This document shows, piece by piece, positions 62,888-64,000 of a DNA stretch of 64,000 nt. How positions within the stretch are numbered: position 1 is the first letter of the stretch; each line of letters starts with the position of its first letter. Position numbers and translations under genes: made by a program. Source of the DNA: a virus. The notes beneath the pieces were generated by a model. That model saw nothing but the letters and a program-made list of their open reading frames with translations. It was not told the origin of the DNA and made no database searches. The stretch is taken from IMG/VR virus record IMGVR_UViG_3300045450_000145, positions 64,001 to 128,000 of that record. One strand, written 5' to 3'.

Positions 62888-64000
62888 AAACTAGTTTGCT
62901 GAAAGAGCTTTCTAATATTCCAGTCAACATACCAGTTAATTCACCAACTGACTTGAAAAACAGCGACAGCACTGATGCTGGTAAAAATGACGTACTGAAT
63001 AAAGTCAATGCAAAAGATGTTGGCTTCTCACTTATGAGAAACACCATCAACTCAGATGGCGAAGTTACTGGCAGCGACGTTGCAAATTATATTGAACGTG
63101 CTGAAGAACTTAATGACGAAGTCGATACCATTCCATTCGGTTTAGAAACTGACGATGGCCAAATTGTTAAGGTGTATGTAAATGCAGCAGAGGCAGATCG
63201 CTTTGAAGAAGCGATGAAGGGCATGCTTGGTATTGAAGACGACATTGAAGAAGCAATTAACAGACTAGCATCTGATTTTGACATCGTGGACGTTGTATGG
63301 CCTCGTGATCCTAATGCAGCTCCTGCAGATGGTGAAGCACCAAATCCAGATGATGATTTAAATATCGACGACTTATCTGACTTATTAGGCAACGATTTTG
63401 ATACAGAAGATGATGAAGATTTTGCAGATGATCAGTATGATGTAATTGCAGCGCAAGCTGCTCAAGAAAAGGATGATGCCGACGTTGGAGCAGATACTGA
63501 TAATGACGAACCTTCAGATGACGAAGATGATCCAGACGCTGAGCCAAAAGAAGATGATGAATCTGACGGCGATGATGAAGATAATGAAGATGAATCCGAC
63601 GAAGAGTCTGATGATGAATCTGAGGACGACGTTGAGTCTGAAGATAAGCCAAAGAAGAAAAAGAAAGCTAAGTCTGAAGACGACGAAGTAAAAGAATCAA
63701 TTAAAACACAGGAGCACTCAATGTCAATCGGTAAGAAGTTCTTAGAAAGAATGAATGAAGCGGCGGAAGATACAGACGGCATCAATGACGGCTTTAACAT
63801 TCCTCTTGATAGCCAGGCTAGAGCGTTATCCAGTAAGCTAAAGTTCCCATTAGCAAAGCGCCTAGTTGCTTTCTTCGTCATGAGTGGTATTCCTGGCCGT
63901 TATCTTAATAGCGAAGAAGCAGAAAGTGGCATTGCTGGCGCCGCAGATATGCTAAGAAAGCGCGTTGCAGTAAGACGCGCTTTTGTTGAATTATATGAAG
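62884..64000 (+). CDS. partial (3'-truncated) very acidic protein, probable capsid-internal/scaffold protein
   Basis: ATGA overlap; open frame to the window end (MKTSLLKELS...); D/E-rich tract at about 63350-63690; missing from the ORF track because it has no stop. Confidence 0.8.
   Translation, partial: MKTSLLKELSNIPVNIPVNSPTDLKNSDSTDAGKNDVLNKVNAKDVGFSLMRNTINSDGEVTGSDVANYIERAEELNDEVDTIPFGLETDDGQIVKVYVNAAEADRFEEAMKGMLGIEDDIEEAINRLASDFDIVDVVWPRDPNAAPADGEAPNPDDDLNIDDLSDLLGNDFDTEDDEDFADDQYDVIAAQAAQEKDDADVGADTDNDEPSDDEDDPDAEPKEDDESDGDDEDNEDESDEESDDESEDDVESEDKPKKKKKAKSEDDEVKESIKTQEHSMSIGKKFLERMNEAAEDTDGINDGFNIPLDSQARALSSKLKFPLAKRLVAFFVMSGIPGRYLNSEEAESGIAGAADMLRKRVAVRRAFVELYE

Noticed and set aside
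4654-63881. Numerous overlapping alternative-frame and antisense ORFs in the track (e.g. 4899-5267, 17471-17962, 53017-53529, 63462-63881)
   Set aside because: They are shadows of well-supported genes, lacking SDs, promoters and motifs
1-64000. tRNA/rRNA genes, integrase or transposase, alternative genetic code
   Set aside because: No cloverleaf or T-loop signatures or such enzymes were seen by eye; conserved genes read through intact under the standard code. tRNAscan-SE would be the decisive check

Overview
This window is a 64-kb segment of a large lytic dsDNA tailed phage (jumbo-myovirus type), not a cellular chromosome. Genes are densely packed and almost all on the + strand. It holds a T4-like replication core: topoisomerase II large and small subunits, B-family DNA polymerase, probable sliding clamp, primase, helicase, RNase H, DsbA, ThyA and PhoH. 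It also holds a fibre/structural module (15.5-27 kb, 31.4-34.3 kb) and many accessory genes: Rnl1 RNA ligase, Tpt1/KptA, macrodomain, SLOG protein, two Pth2-like proteins, DnaJ, ClpP, Nei glycosylase, an NDT-like protein, a cyclic-phosphate receiver domain, an SLT lysozyme and lipoproteins. Two promoter classes are visible: sigma70-type T(G/T)TAC(A/T)-N17-TATAAT and T4-late-like (T/C/G/A)ATAAATA. I found no tRNA, rRNA, CRISPR array, integrase or reverse transcriptase by eye. The leads most worth following are (1) a promoter-driven, highly structured candidate ncRNA at 53.8-54.0 kb; (2) an AT-rich HEPN-like gene plus an antisense HNH homing endonuclease whose start codon overlaps the primase start; (3) a dispersed 20-nt intergenic motif present in five copies; (4) three independent tandem paralog triplets (4-TM proteins, two-Cys lipoproteins, helical proteins); (5) a dispersed tRNA/RNA-repair and ADP-ribose toolkit; and (6) late, probably virion-packaged enzymes with ART-like and ligase-like folds. 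All protein family calls come from recognising motifs by eye, not from database searches.
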